A stretch of 64,000 nucleotides of DNA from an uncultured Actinomycetota bacterium (GCA_963848025.1 CAWKBY010000005.1:154154-218153); one strand, 5' to 3'. Positions 35,731 to 44,886 are shown, counted from the stretch's first letter. Made by a program: numbers and translations. The notes: a model not told the origin generated them from the sequence alone.

Positions 35731-37599
35731 TCAGTCGGCGTAGAGCCGATCGATCGCTTCGGCGTACGTCGAGTGGATGACGCGCCGCTTGAGCTTCAAC
35801 GTCGGTGTCAGCTCGCCGGACTCGGCGGTCCACTCGGCAGGGAGCAGCTCCCAGCGCTTGACCTGCTCGGGACGCGACAGCCTGGCGTTGGCCGCGTCGA
35901 CCGCCTGTCCGACCCGCTCCAGGATGGCTGGCTCGCGGGCCAGGGCGGCCAGGTCGCCCTCCAGCCCGAGCTGGGCGGCGACGACCGGCGCCACCTCGGG
36001 GTCGAGGGTGAGGACGGCGACGACGTAGGGGCGGGCGTCTCCGAAGGCCAGGGCCTGGCCGACCAGCGGGCTCTCCTTGAGCAGGCCCTCGATGTTGGAG
36101 GGCGCGATGTTCTTGCCCGAGCTGGTGATGATCAGCTCCTTCTTGCGGTCGACGATCCGCAGGAAGCCGTCGTCGTCCATCTCACCGAGGTCCCCGGTGT
36201 GCAGCCACCCGTCGGCATCGATCAGCGCGGCGGTCGCGTCCGGGTTGCGGTGGTAGCCGACGGTGGTGACCCGGCCGCGGCACAGCACCTCGCCGTCGTC
36301 GGCGAGCACCACCTCGATCCCGGGGAGGGCCTGGCCCACGCAGCCGAGCCGGAAGCAGTCGGGACCGGCGCCGGTGATCGCGCCCGTCGTCTCGCTCAGG
36401 CCGTAGATGTCGTAGACCGAGAGTCCCAGTCCCGCCGCGAAGCGGGCGGTCTCCAGCGCCAGCGGCGCCGACGCGCAGGCCGCCCAGGTGACCTTGTCGA
36501 GCCCGATCATGGACTTGATCGGGGTGAGCACGGCCGCGTCGGCGGTGTCGTAGCGGGCCTGGAGCTCGGGGCTGGTCCGATGGCCGGTCTGCCGAGACTC
36601 GACGTACTCGAGCCCGACCGCCATCGCGCCCTCGACGGCACGCTTCTTGTCCTCGTCGGGCTCCATGGCCAGCAGGCCGGAGACCCCGGTCTGCAGCTTC
36701 TCCCACACCCGCGGAACGCCGAAGAACCGCGTCGGGTGGACCTCTCCGAGCGCTGCGACGAGCTGGAGCGGGTCCCCGATCAGGTGCAGGTGCTGGGGTC
36801 GGTTGACCCCGTCGATCTGCGGGACGTAGATGGCCAGCACCCGCTCGGCGATGTGGGCGTAGGGCAGGTAGGAGACGGCCGTGCTGTCGTCGTCCATCAG
36901 CCCGAGCCGGCGCAGCCCGCTCTCCCCGGAGAACAGCACCGCGCCCTGGTCGATCACCACTCCCTTGGGAGGTCCGGTGGTGCCGGAGGTGTAGAGGATG
37001 GTGGCTGGGTCGTCGTGCGTGAGCGCCGTCCAGCGCGCCTCGACCTCGGCGTCGTGCCGGTCCCGGACCTCGCGCCCGCGGTCGAGCAGCTGCGACCAGG
37101 TGAGCACCCCCTGCGGTGCCGCCTCCGGGTCGAGGACGACGACCGTCGGCGCACCCTCGACCGCGAGCACCTGCTGCCACCGAGCGACGTGGTCGGCGGT
37201 CTCCAGGATCGCCAACGTGGGCTCCGCCTGGCCGGCGATATAGTCCACCTGGTCGGGCGAGAGCGTGTTGTAGATCGACATCGCGACCGCGCCGGCGTGC
37301 ATGATGGCCATGTCGGCGAGGATGTGCTCGGTCCGGTTGCTGGCCATGATCGCCACGGTGTCGCCGCGCTGGACGCCGAGGTCGACCAGGGCCGCCGCGA
37401 GGTCGAGCGCGGTCCGGCGAACGTCGGACCAGGTCATCGTCCGCCATCCGGGGCCCTCGATGCCCACCTTGTCGGAGAGATAGGGCTCGTCGCCGCGGGC
37501 GGCGGCGCTCGCGGCGAAGGCGTGCGCGACGCTCTGCCCCATCACCCCTTCGATCTCAGCTCGTACCTCCTGGACGGTGGCGGTGGTGGTCTCGGTCAT
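35731..37599 (-). CDS. AMP-dependent synthetase/ligase (long-chain fatty-acid--CoA ligase-like)
   Basis: 622 aa with ILYTSGTTGPPKGV AMP-binding motif, YGLSETTG, and TGDLGEMDDDGFLRIVDRKKE. Confidence 0.9.
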   Translation of the reverse strand: MTETTTATVQEVRAEIEGVMGQSVAHAFAASAAARGDEPYLSDKVGIEGPGWRTMTWSDVRRTALDLAAALVDLGVQRGDTVAIMASNRTEHILADMAIMHAGAVAMSIYNTLSPDQVDYIAGQAEPTLAILETADHVARWQQVLAVEGAPTVVVLDPEAAPQGVLTWSQLLDRGREVRDRHDAEVEARWTALTHDDPATILYTSGTTGPPKGVVIDQGAVLFSGESGLRRLGLMDDDSTAVSYLPYAHIAERVLAIYVPQIDGVNRPQHLHLIGDPLQLVAALGEVHPTRFFGVPRVWEKLQTGVSGLLAMEPDEDKKRAVEGAMAVGLEYVESRQTGHRTSPELQARYDTADAAVLTPIKSMIGLDKVTWAACASAPLALETARFAAGLGLSVYDIYGLSETTGAITGAGPDCFRLGCVGQALPGIEVVLADDGEVLCRGRVTTVGYHRNPDATAALIDADGWLHTGDLGEMDDDGFLRIVDRKKELIITSSGKNIAPSNIEGLLKESPLVGQALAFGDARPYVVAVLTLDPEVAPVVAAQLGLEGDLAALAREPAILERVGQAVDAANARLSRPEQVKRWELLPAEWTAESGELTPTLKLKRRVIHSTYAEAIDRLYAD

Positions 37600-38065
37600 G
37601 CCGGATCACTTCCTCGGGTGGGCGTTCCCGCATCATGGCGCGGCTGAGGACAGGCGTCCACCGTCGCGACATCCGCTCGGGCGACCCCCCTCGCAACAGC
37701 CAGGACCCCTGTGCGGCTCCAGAGCCCGAAGCCGCTTGCATCGCGCTTCCGCCCATGAACGCACGGCACCTCCACCTCCTGGTGCAGCGTCGTACCTCTC
37801 CCAGCTCTACCTGCTGAATTCGTGGCACCACTGGGGACGGCCTTGCGTCTCAACCCCGCGGTCCGCACACAGTCCGCGAGATGTCCGCAAGCGACCAACG
37901 TCCGTCGACGGTTCAGATGTGAGTCTTCGCAGGTCAGCGGCCTGATGTCACCCATTGCCACCGACTGCCACCGCTGTGGGCCCACCAGAAGACCACGAAG
38001 GCCTTCGGCCAGGTGAGTCGTCGGCCCGCCGACCCGGCGGCGTCGCCTCACCCTGTTCAGTGGTG

Positions 38066-38111
38066 GAAGCCGCACGTTCCATGGTGAACTCACCGTGGCA
38101 AGTGCGGCTTC
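38066..38111 (+). promoter_or_regulatory. Long imperfect hairpin/palindrome 53 nt upstream of the anti-sigma gene
   Basis: GAAGCCGCAC (38066-38075) pairs perfectly with GTGCGGCTTC (38102-38111). An inner 8-bp stem is CCATGGTG/CACCGTGG with one G-U. The function (operator, 5'-UTR element or terminator of an upstream RNA) is unknown. Confidence 0.4.
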
Positions 38112-38163
38112 GCCTCGATCGCATGGTGAAGCGACAACCCCCCGAGCCCGTGCGAGAGGTCAG

Positions 38164-38565
38164 ATGGTCACCAGCGACGAGCGCCGTGCCGATGTCGAGC
38201 TGCGGCTGCCGGCCGACGGCGCCTACGCCTCCGTCCTGCGCACCACCACGGTGGGCCTGGCCGCACGACTCGACTTCACCCTCGACGACATCGAGGACCT
38301 GCGGATGGCGGCCGGCGAGGCCGGGGCCATCGTGCTCGAGCGCGCCACGCCCGGGGGAGATCTGGTCTGCGCCTACCTGCTCGGCCCCGGACGGCTGACC
38401 ATGACGCTCAGCGTCACCGCCGAACACCCACCGGAGCCCGACTTCGACAGCTTCGCCTGGCAGGTGCTGAGCACGCTCGCCAGCCACGCCGAGGCGCAGG
38501 CGGCGCCCGACCGGTTCACGGTCAGCCTCACCATGGAGTCAGATCTGGTGGCCCCCGAAGCATGA
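38164..38565 (+). CDS. Anti-sigma regulatory factor (RsbW/UsfX-like)
   Basis: 133 aa, MVTSDERRADVELRLPADGAYASVLRTTTVGLAARLDFTLDDIEDLRMAAGEA. GAGAGG lies 5 nt before ATG 38164, and the stop overlaps the sigma gene start (ATGA). Confidence 0.75.
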   Translation: MVTSDERRADVELRLPADGAYASVLRTTTVGLAARLDFTLDDIEDLRMAAGEAGAIVLERATPGGDLVCAYLLGPGRLTMTLSVTAEHPPEPDFDSFAWQVLSTLASHAEAQAAPDRFTVSLTMESDLVAPEA

Positions 38566-39353
38566 CGGAGGCCGACTCGGGGGACCACCGGATCGAGGAG
38601 CCGGTGGGTCATGAGAAGACCCGGGCGCGCAGCGTCGAGCTGTTCGGCGAGCTGCGGGCCGGCTCGGGCGACGCCCGGGAGGGGCTGGTCCACCTCCACC
38701 TGCCCCTCGTGGAGTACTGCGCCCGCCGCTTCCGCAACCGCGGAGAGCCCTTCGAGGACCTGATCCAGGTCGGGACCATCGGGTTGATCCAGGCGATCGA
38801 CCGCTTCGACGACGAGCGGGGCGTCGAGTTCACGACGTACGCCACCCCGACGATCCTCGGTGAGATCAAGCGGCACTTCCGCGACAAGGGCTGGGCGATC
38901 CGGGTGCCGCGCCGGCTCCAGGAGCTCCGGATGGCGATCAGTGCCCACACCGCCGACCTGACCCAGCAGCTGGGCCGCTCCCCCACGCCGCGCGAGCTCG
39001 CCACCGCCATCGGCTGCACCGTCGACGACGTGATGGAGGGGCTGGAGTCGGCCAACGCCTATGCCACCGTGTCGCTGGACGCCGCCGACGACGAGGGTGG
39101 CGCCACCACGATGCTCGACGCCCTGGGGGTCGACGACGAGAACCTCGGTCAGGTGGAGCTGCGGGAGTCGGTGCAGCCGCTGCTCGACCACCTCGACGGC
39201 CGTAGCCAGCAGATCCTGGTGCTGCGGTTCTTCCGCAACATGACCCAGTCGCAGATCGCCGCGGAGGTCGGCATCTCACAGATGCACGTCTCGCGGCTGC
39301 TGACCCGGTCACTGGAGCAGCTGCGCGCCGCCCTCCAGGCCGAGGGCCGCTAG
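38562..39353 (+). CDS. SigB/SigF/SigG-family RNA polymerase sigma factor
   Basis: 263 aa. Region 2 is EDLIQVGTIGLIQAIDRFDDERGVEFTTYATPTILGEIKRHFRD, region 3 follows, and region 4 is SQIAAEVGISQMHVSRLLTRSL. Confidence 0.9.
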   Translation: MTEADSGDHRIEEPVGHEKTRARSVELFGELRAGSGDAREGLVHLHLPLVEYCARRFRNRGEPFEDLIQVGTIGLIQAIDRFDDERGVEFTTYATPTILGEIKRHFRDKGWAIRVPRRLQELRMAISAHTADLTQQLGRSPTPRELATAIGCTVDDVMEGLESANAYATVSLDAADDEGGATTMLDALGVDDENLGQVELRESVQPLLDHLDGRSQQILVLRFFRNMTQSQIAAEVGISQMHVSRLLTRSLEQLRAALQAEGR

Positions 39354-39739
39354 CTGCGTTCCTCGGCCTCCAGTGCGGCCATGCTCGCGGGAAGCACCAG
39401 TCCGCCGATGGTCACCACCGCCACCACCGCCAGCAAGGCCGCGACCCAGATGGTGTCGCCGTCACGAAAGGACCATGCCACGCCGAGCCACACGAGCTGG
39501 GCGAAGACCAGCGGTCCGCGTCCCCACGCCCGCCCGGTCAGCACGCCGCGGGCCGCGACGAGCAGCATGGCGCCGTACGCCGCGAAGAAGGCCGCCGTGG
39601 TGAGCCCCATCGTCAGGCGCCCCCCGGTGAGGGCCAGCAGCTCCAGGACGGCGTAGCCGACCAACCCCAGCCCCTGGGCGGCGGCGAGGACCGCCGCCAC
39701 CCGCAGCGGCACGGGCAGACCCGATCCGGGAATCTTCAC
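39350..39739 (-). CDS. Hypothetical 4-TM membrane protein
   Basis: 129 aa with four hydrophobic helices and good codon bias. No recognisable motif. Confidence 0.6.
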   Translation of the reverse strand: MKIPGSGLPVPLRVAAVLAAAQGLGLVGYAVLELLALTGGRLTMGLTTAAFFAAYGAMLLVAARGVLTGRAWGRGPLVFAQLVWLGVAWSFRDGDTIWVAALLAVVAVVTIGGLVLPASMAALEAEERS

Positions 39740-39754
39740 GCGCTCAGGCTAGTT
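39729..39754 (+). promoter_or_regulatory. SigR/SigH-type promoter (GGAAT-N18-GTT) upstream of the whiB1-like gene
   Basis: The plus strand reads GGAAT CTTCACGCGCTCAGGCTA GTT, about 160 nt upstream of ATG 39913. Confidence 0.45.
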
Positions 39755-39824
39755 GTGTGAGCAAACAAACCCGTGGCAGGGGTTGTGTGAGAGCCCAGGA
39801 CTTGCCACGCTGTGCCTGGTGCTC

Positions 39825-39838
39825 GTGAAGGAGTTCAC
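39825..39838 (+). promoter_or_regulatory. CRP/FNR-type inverted repeat GTGA-N6-TCAC upstream of the whiB1-like gene
   Basis: cGTGAaggagtTCACg lies 75 nt upstream of the ATG. In M. tuberculosis whiB1 is controlled by CRP (Rv3676) sites of this type. Confidence 0.4.
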
Positions 39839-39912
39839 GAACGCGCATGCTGCCCTGCCCGACGGGCATCGCCCGTCCCACCCACGACCGACGAGAGAGG
39901 TCTGCCACCCCC

Positions 39913-40167
39913 ATGGATTGGCGCAGCCGTTCCGCGTGCCTCGACGAGGACCCGGAGCTGTTCTTCCCGATCGGCAACACCGGTCCGGCCATCCTCCAGA
40001 TCGAGGAGGCCAAGCAGGTGTGCCGTCGGTGCGAGGTGCGCGACCAGTGCCTCGCGTGGGCGCTGGAGGCGGGCCAGGACCACGGGGTGTGGGGCGGTCT
40101 CTCCGAGGAGGAGCGACGCGCCCTCAAGCGGCGCAACGCCCGGTCCCGGGTCCGCACCACCGCCTGA
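39913..40167 (+). CDS. whiB1: WhiB-family Fe-S transcription factor, WhiB1/WblE-like
   Basis: MDWRSRSACLDEDPELFFPIGNTGPAILQIEEAKQVCRRCEVRDQCLAWALEAGQDHGVWGGLSEEERRALKRR. It has four Cys and the GVWGG turn, and is adjacent to a pdtaS-like gene as in Mtb Rv3219/Rv3220c. Confidence 0.93.
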   Translation: MDWRSRSACLDEDPELFFPIGNTGPAILQIEEAKQVCRRCEVRDQCLAWALEAGQDHGVWGGLSEEERRALKRRNARSRVRTTA

Positions 40168-40188
40168 CACCTCGCGGGCGAACGCAGG

Positions 40189-41649
40189 TCACTCCCCCGG
40201 CACGTCCACCCGGACCCGGGTGCCGCCGCGTGCCCCGGTCCGGTCCAGGGCCAGCTGTCCCCCGAGCTCGGACTCCACGAGGGTCCGGACGATCGACAGG
40301 CCCAGATGGGTCGAGGTGTCCAGGTCGAACCCCTCGGGGACGCCGGCGCCGTCGTCGGTGACGGTGACGGCCAGCCGGCCCAGCGACCGGCGTACGTCGA
40401 CCAGGATCTCCCCTGCGGCTCCTACCTCCGGGTAGCCGTGCTCCACGGCGTTCTGGAGCACCTCGGTGAGCACCATGGCAAGCGCGGTCGCCTGGTCGGA
40501 GGTGACCTCCCCGAAGGAGCCGGTGCGGCGGACCCGTACGCCGTCGCCGACAGCGCTGACCTCGGTCACCATCGCGCAGAGCCGATCGGCGATCTCGTCG
40601 AAGGCCACGGTGCCCTCCGCGGTCTGGCTGAGGGTCTCATGGACGATGGCGATCGAGCCGACCCGGCGCACCGCCTCTTCGAGAGCGGCCTTGGCAGCCG
40701 GCTCCTCGATCCGCCTGGCCTGGAGCCGGAGCAGGGCAGCGACGGTCTGCAGGTTGTTCTTCACCCGGTGGTGGATCTCGCGGATCGTGGTGTCCTTGGT
40801 GACCAGCTCGCGATCGCGCCGCCGCAGGTCGGTGACGTCGCGGACCAGGATCAGCGCGCCCGACGGCTCGCCCTCGGGGCGCAGCGGGATCGCCCGCACG
40901 ATCAGCGCGGTCCCCTCGCCGCCGATCTCCGTGTCGCGGGCCACCCGGCCGCTCAGCACCGCGCTCAAGGTCTCCTCGTCGGGACGCCGACGCGGCGGCA
41001 CCAGCATGCGGGTGACATCGGCCAGCACCGTTCCCTCGAGGTCGCCGCGGTGGCCGAGCCGGCGATAGACCGACAGCGCGTTGGGGCTCGCGTAGACCAC
41101 CCGCCCCGCAGCGTCCACGCGCACGAAGCCGTCCCCGACGCGCGGGGAGTCCGCGTGGTCGCCGCGCTGCCCCGGGGTCGGGAAGTGCCCGGCCGCGATC
41201 ATCTTGGTCAGCTCGCCCGCGGTCTGCAGGTAGGACAGCTCCAGTCGGCTGGGGGTCCGCACGCCGAGCAGGTTGGTGTTGCGACCGATCACCGCGATCA
41301 CCTGGTCGCCTCGGCGCACCGGCACGCCCTCCGCACGCACGGGCACGTCGTCGCGCCACTCGGGGTCGCCCTCACGGAGCAGCTGCCCCTCGGTGAACGC
41401 CCGGTCCAGCAGGTGCCTCCGGCCTCGTGGCACGAAGGTGCCGACCACGTCGTCGACGTACGCCGTCGGGCCGGTCGTCGGCCGCATCTGGGCGCCCGCC
41501 CAGAAGCCTTTGCCCTCGCGGTCGGGCAGCCACAGCACCAGGTCGGCGAAGGACAGGTCGGCGATGATCTGCCAGTCGGCCACGAGCAGGTGCAGCCACG
41601 CGACGTCGTCGTCGTCGAGCGCGGTGTGGGCCCGCACCAGTTCCGTCAT
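40189..41649 (-). CDS. pdtaS: Sensor histidine kinase, PdtaS-like (GAF-PAS-HisKA_2-HATPase)
   Basis: The N-terminus MTELVRAHTALDDDDVAWLHLLVADWQIIADLSFADLVLWL resembles Mtb PdtaS. Contains the H-box IREIHHRVKNNLQTVAALLRLQ and a C-terminal ATPase domain. Confidence 0.88.
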   Translation of the reverse strand: MTELVRAHTALDDDDVAWLHLLVADWQIIADLSFADLVLWLPDREGKGFWAGAQMRPTTGPTAYVDDVVGTFVPRGRRHLLDRAFTEGQLLREGDPEWRDDVPVRAEGVPVRRGDQVIAVIGRNTNLLGVRTPSRLELSYLQTAGELTKMIAAGHFPTPGQRGDHADSPRVGDGFVRVDAAGRVVYASPNALSVYRRLGHRGDLEGTVLADVTRMLVPPRRRPDEETLSAVLSGRVARDTEIGGEGTALIVRAIPLRPEGEPSGALILVRDVTDLRRRDRELVTKDTTIREIHHRVKNNLQTVAALLRLQARRIEEPAAKAALEEAVRRVGSIAIVHETLSQTAEGTVAFDEIADRLCAMVTEVSAVGDGVRVRRTGSFGEVTSDQATALAMVLTEVLQNAVEHGYPEVGAAGEILVDVRRSLGRLAVTVTDDGAGVPEGFDLDTSTHLGLSIVRTLVESELGGQLALDRTGARGGTRVRVDVPGE

Positions 41650-41729
41650 CGAGGGCACACCAGCAGCGTAGTGTGGGCTGCGGCGCCGACTGCTGCTCGG
41701 CTCGGGCACCGGGTGAGAGGAGATGTCGG

Positions 41730-42593
41730 ATGGAGACCGGCTACTGGCAGCAGGTCATGGCTGCCGGGCTGACCGTCCCCACCGACCGCCCCCTGGACGA
41801 CCTCACCGCCGAGCTGACCGGCCTGCTCGGGTCACCCGACCCCGCCGACCGCGACGGCACGGCGTACCCCACCCTCGCCACCTGGATCGAGCGCGGCGTC
41901 TACGACGACCTGCTCGCCGGCCTGGGCGACGGCATGGTCAGCGGCCTGGCAGTGGGGCTCGGCGAGCGCGACACCGACACCGTCTTCCGGCGCAGCTTCT
42001 CGGTGCTCGTGCTGGCCGGGTGCGTCGAGCGCGACACGGCCCGCGGGTTGCTTCCACCGCAGAAGATCTTCGAGTGGGGCGACCGCGTCACGACGTGGTT
42101 CCTCCGTGAGCAGGACCAGCGCGGCTACGTCCCCGGGCACGGCTGGGCGCACTCGATGGCCCACGGCGCCGACGCGCTCGGCGCCTTCGCTCGCTCCCCC
42201 CACTTCGGGGCGGCCGAGCTGACGGTGCTCCTCGACGTGCTCGCCGACCGGCTGCTGCTGCCGGGCACCGACCCGCTGACCAGCGGCGAGCCGGACCGGA
42301 TGGCGCAGGCGGTGTTGCGGGTGCTGCGCCGCGACCTGGTGACGCTGGAGACCATGGAGGCGTGGGTCGCCCGGATCGGCGCCGCCGCGGGGCGGCTGTC
42401 CCACGCCGGAGACGTCGACCCCTACCGCGACACCTACAACCCCGAGGCCTTCCTGCGGGCGCTTCACCTCCAGCTCCAGCTGGCGCCCAGCCCACCCGCT
42501 GTCCGGGCCGACCTGCTCCTCACCCTGGTCGACACCCTGCGCCGCACCAACCCCCACTACCTGTCCGCGGAGCCCGACCTGACCCGCGAGTAA
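41730..42593 (+). CDS. DUF2785 domain-containing protein
   Basis: 287 aa (METGYWQQVMAAGLTVPTDRPLDDLTAEL...GHGWAHSMAHGADAL). GAGAGGAG lies 8 nt before ATG 41730. Confidence 0.7.
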   Translation: METGYWQQVMAAGLTVPTDRPLDDLTAELTGLLGSPDPADRDGTAYPTLATWIERGVYDDLLAGLGDGMVSGLAVGLGERDTDTVFRRSFSVLVLAGCVERDTARGLLPPQKIFEWGDRVTTWFLREQDQRGYVPGHGWAHSMAHGADALGAFARSPHFGAAELTVLLDVLADRLLLPGTDPLTSGEPDRMAQAVLRVLRRDLVTLETMEAWVARIGAAAGRLSHAGDVDPYRDTYNPEAFLRALHLQLQLAPSPPAVRADLLLTLVDTLRRTNPHYLSAEPDLTRE

Positions 42594-42602
42594 CATGCGG
42601 GC

Positions 42603-44303
42603 ATGACGCAGCCCGACCAGGTCGCAGACGTCCCCGACCAGCTCGCTGAGGGTGCCGGTCCGGCCACCGCCCACGCCGGGTCCCTGGCCGTTCAGGTCGC
42701 GCAGGCGCACGGCGTGGAGACCATGTTCACGTTGTCGGGCGCCCACGTCTTCCCGATGTACGACGGCGCGGTCCAGGCCGACCCACCGATGCGCCTTCTC
42801 GACGTGCGCCACGAGCAGACGGCCGCCTTCGCAGCGGAGGCCACCGGCAAGCTGACACGGGTGCCGGGGCTCGCCGTGCTGACCGCTGGCCCCGGAGTCA
42901 CCAACGGCATCAGCGCCATCGCCCAGGCGAGGTTCGCGGGGTCCCCGATGGTGGTCGTCGGCGGCCGGGCACCGGCCAACCGCTGGGGCATGGGCAGCCT
43001 GCAGGAGCTCGACCACCCGCCGATCATCGCGCCGGTCGCCAAGTCCGCCCGCACCCTGCACACGGCGGCCGACGTCGCCGCAGGCATGGACGAGGCCTTC
43101 ACGCTGGCCGGGTCGCCGCACCGGGGACCGGTCTTCGTCGACGTGCCGATGGACGAGTTCTTCGCCAGCGCGCCGGCCGACGTACCCACCGCCGAGCGTG
43201 CGCGCGGCGCCGACCCCGACCCCGAGGCGGTCGCCGAGATCGCCGAGCTGCTCTCGCGGGCCGAGCGGCCGCTGCTGGTCCTCGGCACCGATGTGTGGGC
43301 CGATGGCGCCGAGCACGACGCGCTCGTGTTCGTCGAGCGCGCCGGTCTGCCAACACTCACCAACGGCATGGGCCGCGGCGTCGTCCCCGGCGGGCATCCC
43401 CTGCTCGTGACCAAGGCGCGGGGCGCGGCCATCAACGGTGCCGACCTGGTCCTCGTGGTGGGCACCCCGCTCGACTTCCGGCTCGGCTACGGCGTCTTCG
43501 GCGGCAAGGACGGCGCCGTCGCGGCGCAGGTCGTGCACATCGCCGACTCCCCCGGCCAGGTGGCCGGCCACGCCGGCCTCGCGGCCTCGGCCAGCGGTGA
43601 CCTCGGCACGGTGTTCCGCAGCCTCGGCGACGCGCTCGACCAGGTGGTCCGACGACCCGACTGGTCGCCCTGGACGACCCTGCTGCGCGACGCGGTCGCG
43701 GCGGGCGCCGCTCGCGACGCCGAGCTGCTCGGGGCGGAGGCCGACCCGATCCACCCGGCCCGGATCTACGGCGAGCTGGTCCCCCGCCTGGCCGACGACG
43801 CCGTCGTCATCGGCGACGGGGGCGACTTCGTGTCCTTCGCGGGCAAGTTCGTCGAGCCGCGCCGCCCGGGCGGATGGCTGGACCCGGGCCCCTACGGCTG
43901 CCTGGGCGCCGGGCTCGGCGCCGCCATCGCCGCCCGCCTGGCGCGGCCCTCGGCCCAGGTGGTGCTGATGCTCGGCGACGGCGCGGCCGGGTTCTCGCTG
44001 ATGGACGTCGACACGCTGGTGCGCCACCAGCTGCCCGTGGTCATGGTGGTGGGCAACAACGCGGCGTGGGCGCTCGAGAAGGGTCCGATGCAGATGCTCT
44101 ACGGCTACGACGTCGTCGCCGACCTGGCGCCGACCAGCTATGACGGGGTGGTGCGCGCCCTCGGCGGGGCCGGGGAGACCGTCACCGACCCCCGGGAGAT
44201 CGGGCCGGCGCTCGACCGGGCGTTCGCAGCCGGGACGCCGTACCTGCTCAACGTGATGACCGACGTCACGGCCGCCTATCCCCGGGCGACGTTCGGTGTC
44301 TGA
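42603..44303 (+). CDS. Thiamine-pyrophosphate-binding protein (acetolactate synthase large-subunit-like)
   Basis: 566 aa with N-terminal TPP-PYR, central and C-terminal TPP-PP domains (GDGAAGFSLMDVDTLVRHQLPVVMVVGNNAAW). Confidence 0.85.
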   Translation: MTQPDQVADVPDQLAEGAGPATAHAGSLAVQVAQAHGVETMFTLSGAHVFPMYDGAVQADPPMRLLDVRHEQTAAFAAEATGKLTRVPGLAVLTAGPGVTNGISAIAQARFAGSPMVVVGGRAPANRWGMGSLQELDHPPIIAPVAKSARTLHTAADVAAGMDEAFTLAGSPHRGPVFVDVPMDEFFASAPADVPTAERARGADPDPEAVAEIAELLSRAERPLLVLGTDVWADGAEHDALVFVERAGLPTLTNGMGRGVVPGGHPLLVTKARGAAINGADLVLVVGTPLDFRLGYGVFGGKDGAVAAQVVHIADSPGQVAGHAGLAASASGDLGTVFRSLGDALDQVVRRPDWSPWTTLLRDAVAAGAARDAELLGAEADPIHPARIYGELVPRLADDAVVIGDGGDFVSFAGKFVEPRRPGGWLDPGPYGCLGAGLGAAIAARLARPSAQVVLMLGDGAAGFSLMDVDTLVRHQLPVVMVVGNNAAWALEKGPMQMLYGYDVVADLAPTSYDGVVRALGGAGETVTDPREIGPALDRAFAAGTPYLLNVMTDVTAAYPRATFGV

Positions 44304-44697
44304 GGACGCACCGGAGGGTGCCGCGCACGCGCGACTCGAGCGCGAGGTGGCCTCGGCCGACACCGCCCGCGCCATCGGCTCGGGCAGCCTCGAGGTGCTC
44401 GGGACGCCGCGTCTGCTCGCCTGGTGTGAGGCGGCGACCTGCGCCGCGATCGACCCGCTGCTCGACGAGAGCAGCACCAGCGTCGGCACCCGGGTCTCGT
44501 TGGACCACCTGGCCGCGAGCCCGGTCGGCACACGCCTCGAGGTCACGGCCAGCCGGACGCACGTGGACGGGCGGCTGCACCGGTTCGCGGTGGCGGCTCG
44601 GGAGCTCGGCCCCGACGGGGCACCTGGCAAGGTCCTGGCCTCGGGCGAGGTGACCCGGGTCGTCGTCGACGTCGAGCGGTTCCTCGGGCGACTCTGA
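44296..44697 (+). CDS. Hotdog-fold thioesterase (FlK-like)
   Basis: 133 aa with GSLEVLGTPRLLAWCEAA...SVGTRVSLDHLAASPVG. The GTG start overlaps the upstream gene by 8 nt. Confidence 0.75.
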   Translation: MSEDAPEGAAHARLEREVASADTARAIGSGSLEVLGTPRLLAWCEAATCAAIDPLLDESSTSVGTRVSLDHLAASPVGTRLEVTASRTHVDGRLHRFAVAARELGPDGAPGKVLASGEVTRVVVDVERFLGRL

Positions 44698-44725
44698 CGA
44701 CCCCGGGGTCACCCCGTTCCCCACG

Positions 44726-44791
44726 ACATGCGCGTCGTGGCTGCCCGACGTGCGGGCTGTGGCTGCCCCACATGCGCGCGATGGCAGGAGA
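44726..44791 (+). repeat. Array A: three head-to-tail 22-bp repeats
   Basis: ACATGCGCGTCGTGGCTGCCCG / ACGTGCGGGCTGTGGCTGCCCC / ACATGCGCGCGATGGCAGGAGA. The array starts 28 nt after the thioesterase stop. Confidence 0.85.
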
Positions 44792-44840
44792 GGCCGCCAA
44801 CGGCGCACAGGCTGAGGCGCCAGACGACCCGGCAGATGGT

Positions 44841-44858
44841 CGGTGGCTCGAGCCACCG
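44841..44858. terminator. Perfect 18-bp palindrome between convergent genes (probable bidirectional terminator hairpin)
   Basis: CGGTGGCTCGAGCCACCG lies 29 nt downstream of the bL37 stop codon. There is no U-tract. Confidence 0.4.
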
Positions 44859-44886
44859 GACTAGTGCCGGGTCGCGATGTGGTCGG

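Noticed and set aside
41832-44630. 932-aa minus-strand ORF, and similar long antisense ORFs (e.g. 50544..53141, 57608..59470, 35773..37647, 11098..13047, 13267..15210, 6452..8161)
   Set aside because: All lie opposite genes with strong homology-type evidence. They show Arg/Pro/Gly-rich composition and have no motifs. They are artefacts of low stop-codon frequency.
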